In this document: positions 23,781-35,954 of the stretch, piece by piece
Numbering within the stretch: position 1 is the first letter of the stretch
Layout: each line of letters starts with the position of its first letter
From: Malacoraja senta
Lineage: Eukaryota
DNA: 64,000 nt
Reading direction: 5' to 3'
Assembly: GCA_038087875.1 (NCBI GenBank)
Contig: JAXLNO010005561.1
Span: 62,001-126,000, forward strand
Program-made: the position numbers and the translations under genes
The notes under the pieces: model-generated
The model's input: only the letters and a program-made list of their open reading frames with translations
The model's database searches: none
Told to the model about the DNA's origin: nothing

Positions 23781-24074
23781 GCCTGGAAATTACATCTTTG
23801 GCCTGGAAATGGGCCAGCCACAACATTTATACATCACAAAGCTCTCTGTTTCCCTTCTTCACAGGCTGAAACATGGAGGTTCCCAGGCACAAACAGCAAC
23901 ACCTCATGGCACTCAACCCCTGGACGGCACTTCCAGGTATGGCATGAACTGTTTATGCAGATGTAATTCTCCACAGCACATGCCAGAGCTGCTTCCCCCT
24001 GGTTTCCAGCACTAAGGGCATTATTCCTCTTGTTCCCATCTTATGCCTTGATAGTCCCTTTCCCAGATGTCACC

Positions 24075-24300
24075 TACAGTCCTCCCCAACCCTCCATTCA
24101 ATTATAATTCCAAAATCCTCAACCTCAGAAAGTTTGGGATGCACCATTAGCAGATGAACCAAATCCCATCCTGCTTCTAGCAACTGAATGCAGACATGAT
24201 CTGTTTTCTCTTCCCCACTGGTATCCCAACCCAACTCAAGATTCCAATACCTGCTCTCAGCCCTCCTCATCCGAACTTGCACCTCTTCCCCACCATTCTG
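24075..24300 (+). mobile_element. Possible highly degenerate PLE linker remnant
   Basis: C-rich strand with spacing reminiscent of the PLE linker seen at 11340-11560 (minus). Confidence 0.3.
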
Positions 24301-25409
24301 CCATGATCTGGGTCCTTGATATTCTCCAGCAGTTCTACTACAGTGGACCAAAGTTCTGGGAATCCGTTAAAAGTTCTGAGAATCCGTTGGACCTAGCAAG
24401 CTTTAAAATTCTGCCTGTCAGAGACCATGAGTTTAAAGTGCTTTTCCAGATTCTGATCAGGTTCTAGATTGCACCCAAGAGTGCAATGCACATTCAACGC
24501 CAGACTACAACATTGGTTCAGACTCCGAAGAATAGCTTGAACCCAGAACTAACCTTAACACTCAGTTACAGAGAGTGATTCCCCTCAAAAGCAGGATCCG
24601 CAATAATATTTTAGGTTAAATGGTTATGCACTCTGTAATAAGCAAAGCACTGAGCAGAATTATGCAGCGCACAGTGTAGCATCCTAGATAAATATGTGAT
24701 CTCTTATATTCATCTGCTTATGGCTCATCCCCTAACTCATCACTCTGGCGCTAGGATTGCAGCTTTGTCACTGACATTGTTTAAATAAACTCTTGGTATT
24801 TTATTTTGCACATACTGAAATTCTACTGGCTAAATCGTACCCTCCCACACAATCTTCTGGGACAATTTAAAGACACTCATTTGAGACGTACCCTAAGCTG
24901 GGAAAGTTTTCTCTATCTACATTGCACAAAGAAATATTTTAAAATCATTGTAAAGATCTTGGTATCATGGAGGCAGAGAGGAAATCGTTCTGAAAATGTG
25001 TAATATTTCTAGCTTGGTAGAGAAGCCAAACTCCATCTGTGTTACACCAGCACAGTGTTTAACAGTGAGTTTGACCATTTAATGCAGCCTTATTAATAGC
25101 GGTTATAGGAATTAAGTTATTCCCCGAGTGTGCTCTCAAATAAATCCCATAAACATTCAGCAGGAATGGCTTTCTCCAGAGAGAAGTACTGGAGTTTTCA
25201 TGCTTAAACTCATCGTCTTCCCAGACCAAATTAAAGACTTTTACCTCCCACCTACAACCGACAAATGTGCAACAAAATGCCTGTTCGTTTTTTACCTTCA
25301 CTAAATTCCACAGGGGCAAGCAATACGCTACACAAAAGGCTTTTGCTCTTAATATTAGTTTTTAATTTAAGGAAATTATGCCCACTCCCAGCTCAAATCT
25401 TTGAAGATC

Positions 25410-25640
25410 AGGAACTGAGTGTTGGTCAGTACTGATTCACTGATTTTAGTCAGAGCTGCTGCATTAACAGCTTTGGGTTAGGGAAAAAGAAAAGCTGACC
25501 AGGGCTCCTGATTGCTATTGAGGCAGTACCAACTAACAGAACTGGACGCATCTGTAATGTCCCCACATCTGACAGCCTGCCAACACTCACAGACAAGGTT
25601 CACCGTTGAATGAAGCCAGCTGGTGAAGCACAATCAGCAT
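25410..25640 (+). mobile_element. Ancient SINE-like dispersed repeat (weakly related segment near 6395-6570)
   Basis: Motif CAGGGCTCCTGATTGCTATT here versus AAGGGTTCCTACTTCTGATCAGCT near 6493; family not identified. Confidence 0.3.
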
Positions 25641-27096
25641 CAACAAAACAAACCCTAATGAGATTCCGTCCATGGGGAGGGGAGAGAATGGAGAAGAAAA
25701 TTACCCTATCAATTTGATAACGTGCAGAAATTTTTTGTTATTAGCATGTTTTGCTCTTAAATCTTCAGCCAATTTCTGACTGAACTTTATCATTTCCTAA
25801 AATTTCAATGCCACAGATGTTTCATTTAAAAGGCAATTATTGAAATCATTGGGCGCAAAATTGGCCATTACATTGGAAGGGGCTAGGAATTGGCGACACT
25901 CAATGGTGTAATGAAAGTTTCTGCCTTGTAGGTGTTTCATTTGTGCTCATTGTGTGTTATTTTCCTTCCCACCCAATAAACGGTGATCAGTAGCAATTTT
26001 AATATGGCAAAATGGCCTACAGTTAACACATACAGGAAAACTACTGAGCATTTATTTGTTCAGTTCTGATTCTAATCTAGAAGCACCCATTGATGTTCTC
26101 CAACAATGTAATAATTGATTGGCTAATATGACAAAGATTGAAGATGAGGTTGTCTGGGCTTGTTTATTCCTAGTAACAGAACACCGAGAATACTTTGAAT
26201 ACTGGATTCACATGTATCCAAATTCCCACTAATATTTCCATGCTATTTACAATACTCGACTATAAAACTTAAATTGTTTGGCATATCTGGTTACTACTGC
26301 TAATGTGGGGAGACATTCTCTTGCAAAACTTGGCCAATGTACAAGTCTAGACAGCTCCATCTCTGCTTGTCACCAGAATTGTTCAACAGTGACATTGCCT
26401 TTTAAAAAAAAATCTATATTATAATATTCAAACCCACGAAAGACACATCTCCAATTTAAAATGCTTCCAAAATAACAATATACATCTATGAAAATTGTTT
26501 AACATAGAGTGTAAATTTCCACGGCTGTGGATACTGTTCAGAACCACAGAATAACTAAAGTGGTAAAAAGAAAACAACATGGCATAAACATTTGGATGAG
26601 TAGCATTGTTACCTTCCATACTATGCATATTTTTTTAAATCTGGAAGAAGAATGAATTTCAGCCATTTCTAGATAGAAAGATTAGGCTGCTCCAGAAATT
26701 CAATCGGACACATTAGATGCAATTCACCTTTGTGCATCTGATATGATGAGGACGGTGCAAGTGATTGTGGGAAATTGCTGGGTCGTAATGGCATAGTTGA
26801 AATGGTCCTGGAAGTGTGCACACAGGACACACTAGAATACTGAACCAAAGAATACAGTGAAGGATGAACTAAGAGAGAAGTGCATATTAGCAATGGGAAA
26901 GTAAAGATAGCAATCTTTGGGCTGCACGTGATTGGGTCAATTATAAGGAAATATGTCTCGTAACCAGTTGCTTGGTTGTACTGTACTTAGGGAACATTGG
27001 GTGAACCAGGAAGCAAATGCCCCTCCAAAGATCGATATGCTGTCTCTTGGGGATGAACTGTCAAATGCGAGATAGCGTTGGAGGAAAAGAATTGGA

Positions 27097-27401
27097 GGGG
27101 CGACATAGTGGCGCAGCGGTAAAGTTGCTGCCTTACAGTGCCAAGGGCCCAGGTTCGACCCTGACTATAGGTGCTGTCTGTACAGAGTTTGTATCGGCTC
27201 CCTGTGACTGCGTGGTTTTTCTCCGGGTGCTCCGGTTTCCTCCCACACTCCAAAGACGTACAGGTTGGTAGGTTAATTGGATTCGGTAAAATTGTTTAAT
27301 TGTCCCTAGTGTGCAAGATAGTGCTAATGTACGGCGATCGCTGGTTGGCATGGACTCGGTGGGGCATCTGTTTCCGTGCTGTATCTCTAAACTAAACTAA
27401 A
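27097..27401 (+). mobile_element. HE1-like V-SINE, full length
   Basis: A box TGGCGCAGCGG (27109-27119), B box GGTTCGACCC (27152-27161), V-domain, (CTAAA)n tail. Confidence 0.92.
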
Positions 27402-30400
27402 ATACAGCAGTAACAGAAACATCTGAAGAAATTCTAATGAGAGTTAGTACCAGGCAGGGCATATGTGGAGAACAACACTGCCTGAAAATGGTACATGTGG
27501 GGCTCATTGATAAGGAAGTATCATGGACAGGTTTAATAGCCACAGAGAAGCAGAACCAATCAAGCATCCTACTCCATCTTGGAGTTCCCCATTTTGCACT
27601 TAAGTAGAGGCTGGTCCCCAATGACCTTTAGGAGATGCTACAAAGAATCAGACAGTGAAAGTGGGCTAACAGATGCCTATCTAAACTCTCACATTAAAAG
27701 AAGAATGTCGATTTTTCAGGATGATATGATGGAGTAATATGTTTTTATGGGTATATCTGGAACCAAACAAAAAGGTTTAACATGTTAGCTATGGGTTTAA
27801 GTGACAGACTGTATGTCCATTGTCAAACTTCAGATAGGTGTTAATTGGAAGGAGCCTGCTGGCTAAGAAAAAAAATGTGGACTGCATATTTACCTTAATG
27901 TATGAAAGAGAATTATGTCGCTCAGAAAGCAACAGTTCTGAGTATGGCATCGTCACAGTATTCACGGAATTCACTTTCCAGGAAATTTACTCCGTTCTTT
28001 CATGTTTCAAAATCCAATCACTAAGAAGCGTGTACTCTGCAGTTAATGTCACACAAAGGGCCGAGAGAGTGGGAGGAGGATTACTCAATAGCTTATCTGT
28101 ATACTGCTGTGGACAGAGTGTCCTGTGAGCAGTGACTGTACTTCAAATGCACTCAATGGCTAAATGTCAAGAGACATACCCATTATAAACATGAGCACAG
28201 TCAAGATCAGAGGCATTGTGCATCACAAAGCTGAGATTGACTTTTTGGACTATATACTATCATTTCCTATTTAAAAAAGGAATATATATATGCAGATACA
28301 TCTTACATTTTGCAGGTTGCAAATTTCCCACAACTCAGGGATTGAAAGATACACTTTTGCTTGTATAATGATACACAAACTGGACTGCAGTACTGTTGGC
28401 TTCTCTCCCAGGAAAGTTATCAACAGGAGGTATTTCATCCAGTGTTCAAATCTATTATTAATGCCTAAGAACACACATTAATGAATGCAAGCATATTCAA
28501 TTTCTGCAAAAACAGAATTAAATTCTGCCAACCTCCTCATCAAACTGACATAAAAACTTAGAAATTCTTCAGTGTCCAAATAAATTGTTCAAAGACTTTG
28601 TGCTGAGCAGCCCCAAGTAGTAATATTCTACTGAATGAGGCGAAAAGGCACCATGCACAATAAAAAAAAGACATGTGTGAATAAACCATAGCGCTTTGTC
28701 CATTTCTTAGCAGTGCTATTCCCATTAGTTTTCCAAGTAAAATGGTCTTTACACATAAGTATCTTTATCATTTTCAAAAATTCTACAGCCAGCTGCTGAA
28801 GTTCTTATTGAACACAGCACGTGAGCATAGCCCTATCACTGGAAGAGAGCAACATTTCCAAGTCAGGATAGAGTGTGACTGCCATCAGATGCTGCCTAAT
28901 CTGGTCAGAAAGAAACCTGACATTTTTCAGATTTCCAATATTTACAGCATTTGGCCTTATTTTAATTCTTTATCAATTGCATTTACTATTCAATGCCATC
29001 GGTATTAAATGAAGTAGTAATTGGCACCAACCTGAAAACATATCCAAGTCCCTTAAGGTTACTAGATTAAAGGGTCAGAACTATTTTGGGGTGAGATAGT
29101 ACTTTTCAAGGCTTAATAGAAAGACCTCCTAGCAATACTGAACATTTCAAACGTTTATTTTGCAAGAAAATATTTTTTTAGAGACACTTTCTCTTGAAAT
29201 AAAAACAAGTGAGTTTTCTTAACATATCAAGACTGCAAACCAAATTGTAGGTGATTAGTCAGAATCATACAATGCAATTCATTATTACATTAATTTACAA
29301 CCTGTATCTTAGTTAGAATGTGACTGCAATATTTAAATAGTACACATTTTTGTTAACCATCTAAAACTCTCTGAAATGTTATTGGCAATGCCATTAAGAA
29401 CTGATCAATACTTCAACATGATACACACCGTTTTATTAAATCGGCCTCTCGCCCTGTTTTAAATTCAAAATTAAGTTTGAATTGAGCTTTTCTCTTTTCT
29501 TATCTTTAAAAATGAAAGAACACTATCCAACTGAAGGCAGCTTTTATTTTCCTTCTTAAACTTTTACGTCCTTATTAGGTCAAACTGAGTGTAATGCTTT
29601 CATGGTGTCAGACTATCATATTGCCAGCCTGTCTGAGATGTGTTGAGCAAACACAACCACTGTAACAGCCAACACTTGGCAATGCCTGAGGCCGGCAGGC
29701 AGGCAGGAAAACACACATTCCGATATGAAACCTGCTTTGAATGTACAGCTGCTTTTTTGACTGATCTGTAAACAGACCCTATAAAGGTCTGAAACCTGAA
29801 TTCTGGTTGAAAGGAACAGGAAGGTGTCAGTCAATACTTTCTTTTTGTGGTGGTGGGGGTGGAAAGAAAGTGTTTAATACAGCCAACCCAATCCTGAAGT
29901 AGTGTTCTGATTCACACCCTCGAACACAGATCATATTTCTGCCCATTTCAGTTCAGTTTCTTTCTTAATCTGGCACTTGAAATGTTTCTCACCATAGCAA
30001 CCGACATAACAGTGGGTCTGGGCCAAAGTGTAGCCAGACAAATAGTGCACATCGCCCAGTAGCAGATGATTTGGGATTTTTTTTTGGAACAATATATAAA
30101 AGAAACTGCCCTAAGATTGCCAGCTCACTGAGCTTGAAAAGAACTTTGTTCTTTTAATCCTGAAAGAACTCCTGCTGCATTGCAAAAATAACACAAACAC
30201 TTTTTTGTAATTCCTTCCCACCACCTCCCCATCCCTCCCCCTCATCCAGTCTATATTAAAAAGAGGCCATTGCTAACAGTAATTCCCAGTGGCTAAGCCA
30301 AACATTCCTTCAGGGGGGGAGGGGGAGAAATACCCACACAACTGTATTTAACATGAGAACATATTGCGATATTGCAGTCTCCTAAAAGCTAATCTAACTG

Positions 30401-30666
30401 AAATAATTTTAAGTCTGGTGTAAAAAGAGCCATTTTCTGATCTGTTGAACACTTTAAACCCTTCAAAAAGACCTTCAGCAAAATTATTAACAAAGGCTAT
30501 AATGAGCTTCCATCCCTAATTGGTGGGACAGTACCAAAATATAACGACTCCCATTCCCAGCTGATGAATTCCACTGGTCATACAGCAAAGACGATGGTGC
30601 CAGTCCAGTTTGCAATGGGAGCCATGGACAGGGTGAATTCCAAGTATATGTACATAGTCACAAAAT

Positions 30667-30872
30667 AACACAAAATGCTGGAGTAACTCAGCAAGTCAGG
30701 CAGCATCTCAGGAGAACATGAATAGGAGATGTTTCAGGTCAATACCCTTCTTCAGACTGATTACAGCGGGGGAGAAGAAAGCTGGAAAAGGGGAGAGGCA
30801 GGACAAAGCATGGCAGATAATAGGTCAACATAGGTGTGGAGAATTTATGATAGGCAGACGTTTGGAACAAAG
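30667..30872 (-). mobile_element. pLTR plus PLE 3' UTR fragment
   Basis: ACACAAAATGCTGGAGTAACTCAGC...ATACCCTTCTTCAGACTG. Confidence 0.75.
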
Positions 30873-31184
30873 GCCAATCTGCAGTTCCCAATTTCAACAC
30901 TATGATCTGTTTTTACGTGTCTGAAATGAGCCAGTGATTAGCAGATTCTGAGCATTCCATAAAGAAGCAATGATTGGGTCAGAACTATCCACTTAAGCAT
31001 AATCATAACCCTTCTTTTAATACTGCCACAGATCCATTTATCAAAATACCATATGCCACTTAATTATGGAAGTCTATAGAGATGCCATCTTCTGATGGGG
31101 ATGTATTAAGTCCTGATTTTCCTCTGTTGCCTCAATATGTCGCTGCATTCCACTGGTAAAGTCACTGTGAACTGCCTCAGGTGT

Positions 31185-31525
31185 GACACAAAGTGCTGGA
31201 GTAACTCAGCGGGACAGGCAGCATCTCTGGAGAAAAGAAATTGGTGACGCTTCGGGTGGAGACCCTACTTCGGACTGAGAGTCGGGGGAGAGGGAAACTA
31301 GAGGTACAAAGGATAAATTAATGAAATATATGAAAAGTTCAAATCAAAGATTGGCTGCAATCATGGGATACACAAATCCAGATTGGAACCTGAAAGTAGG
31401 AGAGCGGAAACTGCCTGACAATTTGACATTTGGAAACACAAAATGCTGCTGTAATTCAGCAGGACAGGCAACATCTCTGGAGAGAACGAATGGGTGACGT
31501 TTTGGGTCGAGACCTTTCATCAGAC
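31185..31525 (-). mobile_element. Two same-orientation pLTR fragments (31185-31345 and 31433-31525)
   Basis: Both carry ACACAAA..GCTG..GTAA.TCAGC.GGACAGGCA.CATCTCTGGAGA...GGTGACG. Confidence 0.78.
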
Positions 31526-32984
31526 CCAATTTCTCCTCAATTTGACAATAGTGGCAGTGGGAGCTCTCGCTCCCAACATCAGCACCAGTGCAGTCTGCAG
31601 CAGTGCAGTTTGTAGGATCAGGCACGCTGACGTTTATATTTCATTTTAACCGCTATTATTAAAAATAGAATAACCCATTTCCCCCCTCCACAAATAATAT
31701 TGTTTTAAACAAGGTATTTGCGCATTTTGAAATCTAATGCAGAACATTAATTGCTTGTGTCTCAGATGGAGCTAATGCATCTTGTGATTAAACGATGTTA
31801 CTACACCAGGTGAATAAAGTCCTAGTGAGATTTAGTACAACAATATAGCTAGACAGTAACCCATGTCCCAAGAAAAGAAACCCCGTAAACAATCAAGGTT
31901 AAATAGATAACCATTCTCGGGCATTCAAACCTTGCTTGGGTACATTGCATAAAGTTCTGCTTTAAAACAGAAATAGTTATGTAAAAGAAAAGGCTTCAGT
32001 TAAACCATTTTATGTGGCTTCGACATAAAGCAGGCAGTCATTCCAAACCAGTTGCATTGGTAGGGTCTTTATGGACTAGCTCTCAGCAGCATATTTGCTG
32101 AAGCCACTCCCTCCTGTTTTGTGGTGTTTGGAAGAGTTGTTTCATTTGTACAGGTACAAAGAGCCACCTCATCTAGAATCTCCATTTTAAAAAGCCAATG
32201 TTTGAATGCCTCAGGCCAGCTTGCCTCCAGTGCTTGTAAATTAGTGTACCGATCACTGTATCCAGGAAAGAATCTAATTTGGATGTGGAACAATCCCAGT
32301 CCTACTGGAAGCACCCATTGCAAAGTTGCTTTGTAACTGGCCTGTAGCTTGATTGACTGATGATTGAGAGAGTAGGAAAGTAGAAGTTGCTCTGAGTGGC
32401 GGCAACAGCTTTGCAGAGATGTGGCATGTAGCACAGGCATCAACACAGTCTGCAGCTCCATTAGCATCAGGGCTGTGAACCAAGGTCACAGCATGATGGC
32501 CATTGCTCAACTTTTAAACTGGAAGTATAGAATCACCGGCTTCCAGAAGACTCACTCAGTGAAAGTGACTCTGCAGTCTGACAGAGACATTGATCTTCCA
32601 GCAGAATGAACTATTTGTAACCAGGTGTTTGTTCTCAACATTACATTGCAAGGTTCAGGAGAATTACATAGGCGTGGCAAGACAATGCAAACCTGCTCGG
32701 AGGATACTGTACAATGCCACTCCCATCTAACCAAATTCCTGAGGTCCAACAGCCTCCTAGGTGTAAATTTAGAACATTAATTGTACCATATTTGATTGGA
32801 AATATATTGACGATAGCAATGCGTTTTTCTGTAAGAATTGCTTACGTTTTCTATGAGATTAAATTTTAATTTTGCAAATTAAAACGTTCATTAAATATCA
32901 TTTATCTTCCAGGCCACAAAATCTTCTTTTGTTTTAGGATCCCAGGAGTTATACTGATTTCTAATTCTGGAGTCACTAGAAGCT

Positions 32985-33312
32985 GCCGAAGACAAACAAA
33001 CTGGAGGAACTCAATGGGTCAGACAGTATCTGTGGAGAAAAATGGACATTTGACATTTCAGGTCAAGACCTGCATCAAGAAAGGTCTTTCTACCTCCACG
33101 GATGCTGCTTAACCCTGTGACTTCCTCCAGCAGTTTCTTTTTGCTTGATCATGTCAGATCATCATGACGATATAAAACACAGCTGTAAAATGGAGCCACA
33201 AAGAATTGCAGATGCTGAAATCATTGATCAAAACATAAAGATCTCAACCTGAAAAGTTAACTCTCTCTCCACAAATGCTGCCTGACCCGCAGATTAGTTC
33301 CAGCATGTTTTT
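32985..33312. mobile_element. Two older fold-back pLTR remnants (32985-33145, 33193-33312)
   Basis: AAACTGGAGGAACTCA...CTTCCTCCAGCAGTTT; GAATTGCAGATGCTGAAA...ATGCTGCCTGACCCGC. Confidence 0.6.
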
Positions 33313-33696
33313 TTAAATCTAGTGTTTGACTTCTGGACCTTTTTGATCACCAGTGAATGCACTAGGAGTCCACCTCATGAAGAAGCTTCCACTAGCTCAG
33401 CTGTCAGCACATTTAAACATCGCACACTCCCCTAACCACCCACTCACGTGCTTACTTTGTACATCACCAACTCATAAATGTTTGAGCAGGAACAATTTTA
33501 AAGGTACATACTTGGTTACAGAAATCATTTAATGCATCTGCCCTGGATTCTTTTTAAACTCCAAGAGGCATATCTCAGAGCTTAAATATTTTATGACCAA
33601 CACATCAGTTCTTTGCACTGTAGGCATACAGTGCCCTCTATAATGTTTGGGACAAAGACCCGTCATTTATTTTTTTGCCTCTGTACTCCACAATTT

Positions 33697-34481
33697 CAAG
33701 TCAAGTGAGTTTATTGTCATGTGTCCCTGGTAGGACAATGAAATTCTTGCTTTGCTTCAGCACAACAGAACATAGTAGGCATTTACTACAAGGCATTTTA
33801 TAAATATATACACAATGGTCAATATACTGATAAAGTGCAAATAACAGTATTGGCTAGTAAAGTTCAGTGTTATGTCCGAGCCAGGTTTAATAGCCTGATG
33901 GCTGTGGGGAAGTAGCTGTTCCTGAACCTGGTCGTTGCAGTCTTCAGGCTCCTGTACCTTCTACCTGAAGGTAGTAGTGTGGCCAGGATGGTATGGGCCC
34001 TTGATGATGCTGCCAGCCTTTTTGAGGCAGCGACTGTGGTAGATCCCCTCGATGGAAGGGAGGTCAGAGCCGATGATGGACTGGGCAGTGTTTACTACTT
34101 TTTGTTGTCTTTTCCTCTCCAGGGCACTCAAGTTGCCGAACCAAGCCACGATGCAACCGGTCAGCATGCTCTCTACTGTGCACCTGTAGAAGTTAGAGAG
34201 AGTCCTCCTTGACAAACCGACTCTCCGTAATCTTCTCAGGAAGTAGAGGCGCTGATGTGCTTTCTTAATAATGGCATCATTGTTCTCGGACCAGGAAAGA
34301 TCTTCAGAGATGTGCACGCCCAGGAATTTGAAGCTCTTGACCCTTTCAACCATCGACCCGTTGATATAAACGGGACTGTGGGTCCCCATCCTACTCCTTC
34401 CAAAGTCCACAATCAGTTCCTTGGTTTTGCTGGTGTTGAGGGCCAGGTTGTTGTGCTGGCACCATATGGACAGTTGCTCAA
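33697..34481 (-). mobile_element. Rex1/Babar LINE 3' fragment inserted in the Tc1 TIR
   Basis: WCQHNNLALNTSKTKELIVDF...FKFLGVHISEDLSW...KKAHQRLYFLRRL; (ACTTG)n tail; 7-bp TSD ACAATTT at 33690-33696 and 34492-34498. Confidence 0.9.
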
Positions 34482-34686
34482 TTTTTCTATTACAATTTGA
34501 GATTTGTAATAGAAAAAAAATCACATGTGGTTAAAGTGCACATTGTCAGATTTTAATAAAGTCGATTTTTATACATTTTGGTTTCGCCATGTAGAAATTA
34601 CAGCAGTGTTTATACATTGTCCCCCCATTTCAGGGCACCATAATGTTTGGGACACAGCAATGCCATGTAAATGAACGTAGTCATGT

Positions 34687-35954
34687 TTAGTATTTTGTTG
34701 CATATCCTTTGCATGCAATGACTGCTTGAAGTCTGCGATTCATGGACATCACCAGTTGCTGGGTTTCTTCTCTGGTGATGCTCTGCCAGGCCTGTATTGC
34801 AGTCATCTTTAGCTTATGCTTGTTTTGGGGACTGGTCCCCTTCTGTTTTCTCTTCAGCATATAAAAGGCATGCTCAAATGGGTTCAGATCGGGCGATTGA
34901 CTTGGTCACTCAAGAATTTATCATTTTTTAGCTTTGAAAAACTCCTTTGTTGCTTTAGCACTATGTTTGGGATCATTGTCGCTGTACAATGAACTGCTGG
35001 CCAATGAGTTTTGAGGCATTTGTTTGAACTTGAGCAGATAGGATGTGTCTATACACTTCAGAATTCATTATGCTACTACCATCAGCAGTTGTATCATCAA
35101 TGAAGATTAGTGAGCCAGTACCTTCAGCAGCCATACATGCCCAGGCCAAAACACTCCCATCACCGTGTTTCACAGATGAAGTGGTATGCTTTGGATCTTG
35201 GGCAGTTCCTTCTCTCCTCCATACTTTGCTCTTGCCATCACTCTGATATAAGTTAATCTTCATCTCATCCGTCCACATCCTATTTTTGCAGCTAACCAGT
35301 GGTTTGCATCTTGCAGTGAGCCTCATGGGGCTGTCCCACTGTACGAGCTAATTCAAGAGTTCTCCTGAGTTTCCCCTGATTCGAACTCGGAGAATTACGG
35401 TAATGGCCGCTCGTAGGTACTCGGGGCTCTCGTGGACATTTTGCAACATGTTGAAAAATCTTCACGAGTCTTCCCGAGAACCTGCCGTTAGCGTTTACGA
35501 GCCGCTAAGAGACGTCCTGAGCTCCGACATACCCGCAACGTACATTCTACGTACTTACTACGAGTTTGATTTTTTTTTAAACTCGGGAGAGCTCTTGAAT
35601 TAGCTCGTACAGTGGGACAGCCCCTTCAGTGTTTCCATTCATGAAGTCTTCTGCAGACAGTGGTCATTGACAAATCCACACCTGACTCCTGAAGAATGTT
35701 TCTGATCTGTCGGACAGGTGTTTCGGGATTTTTCTTTATTATAGAGAGAATTCTTGTGTCATCAGGTCTTCCTTGGCCTGCCAGTCCCTTTGCGATTAGT
35801 AAGCTCACCAGTGCTCTCTTTCTTCTTAATGATGTTCTAAACAGTTGATTTTGGTAAGCCAAAAGGTTTGGCTAATGTCTCCAACAGTTTTATTCTTGTT
35901 TCTCAGTCTCATAATGGCTTCTTTGACTTTCATTGGCACAACTTTGGTCCTCAT
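34687..35954 (-). pseudogene. Tc1 DD34E transposase, disrupted
   Basis: MRTKVVPMKVKEAIMRLRNKNKTV..., WTDE, KVWRREG, VKHGDGSVLAWACM, DNDPKH, SPDLNPFEH, RRLQAVIACKGYATKY*; has stops, frameshifts and a MITE insertion. Confidence 0.9.
35326..35625. mobile_element. PIF/Harbinger-type MITE nested in the Tc1 transposase
   Basis: TIRs of about 46 bp, GGGGCTGTCCCACTGTACGAGCTAATTCAAGAG; 3-bp TSD TCA (35323-35325, 35626-35628). Confidence 0.85.

Noticed and set aside
27890-28045. Possible minus-strand exon ending AAG|GTAAAT
   Set aside because: Stops in all three frames from the nearest acceptor, and a weak pyrimidine tract.
33961-34524. Possible host gene (this peptide type is often auto-annotated as ALKBH8 N-terminal/DUF1891)
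   Set aside because: It is the C-terminal part of a Rex1/Babar RT with a LINE tail and TSD.
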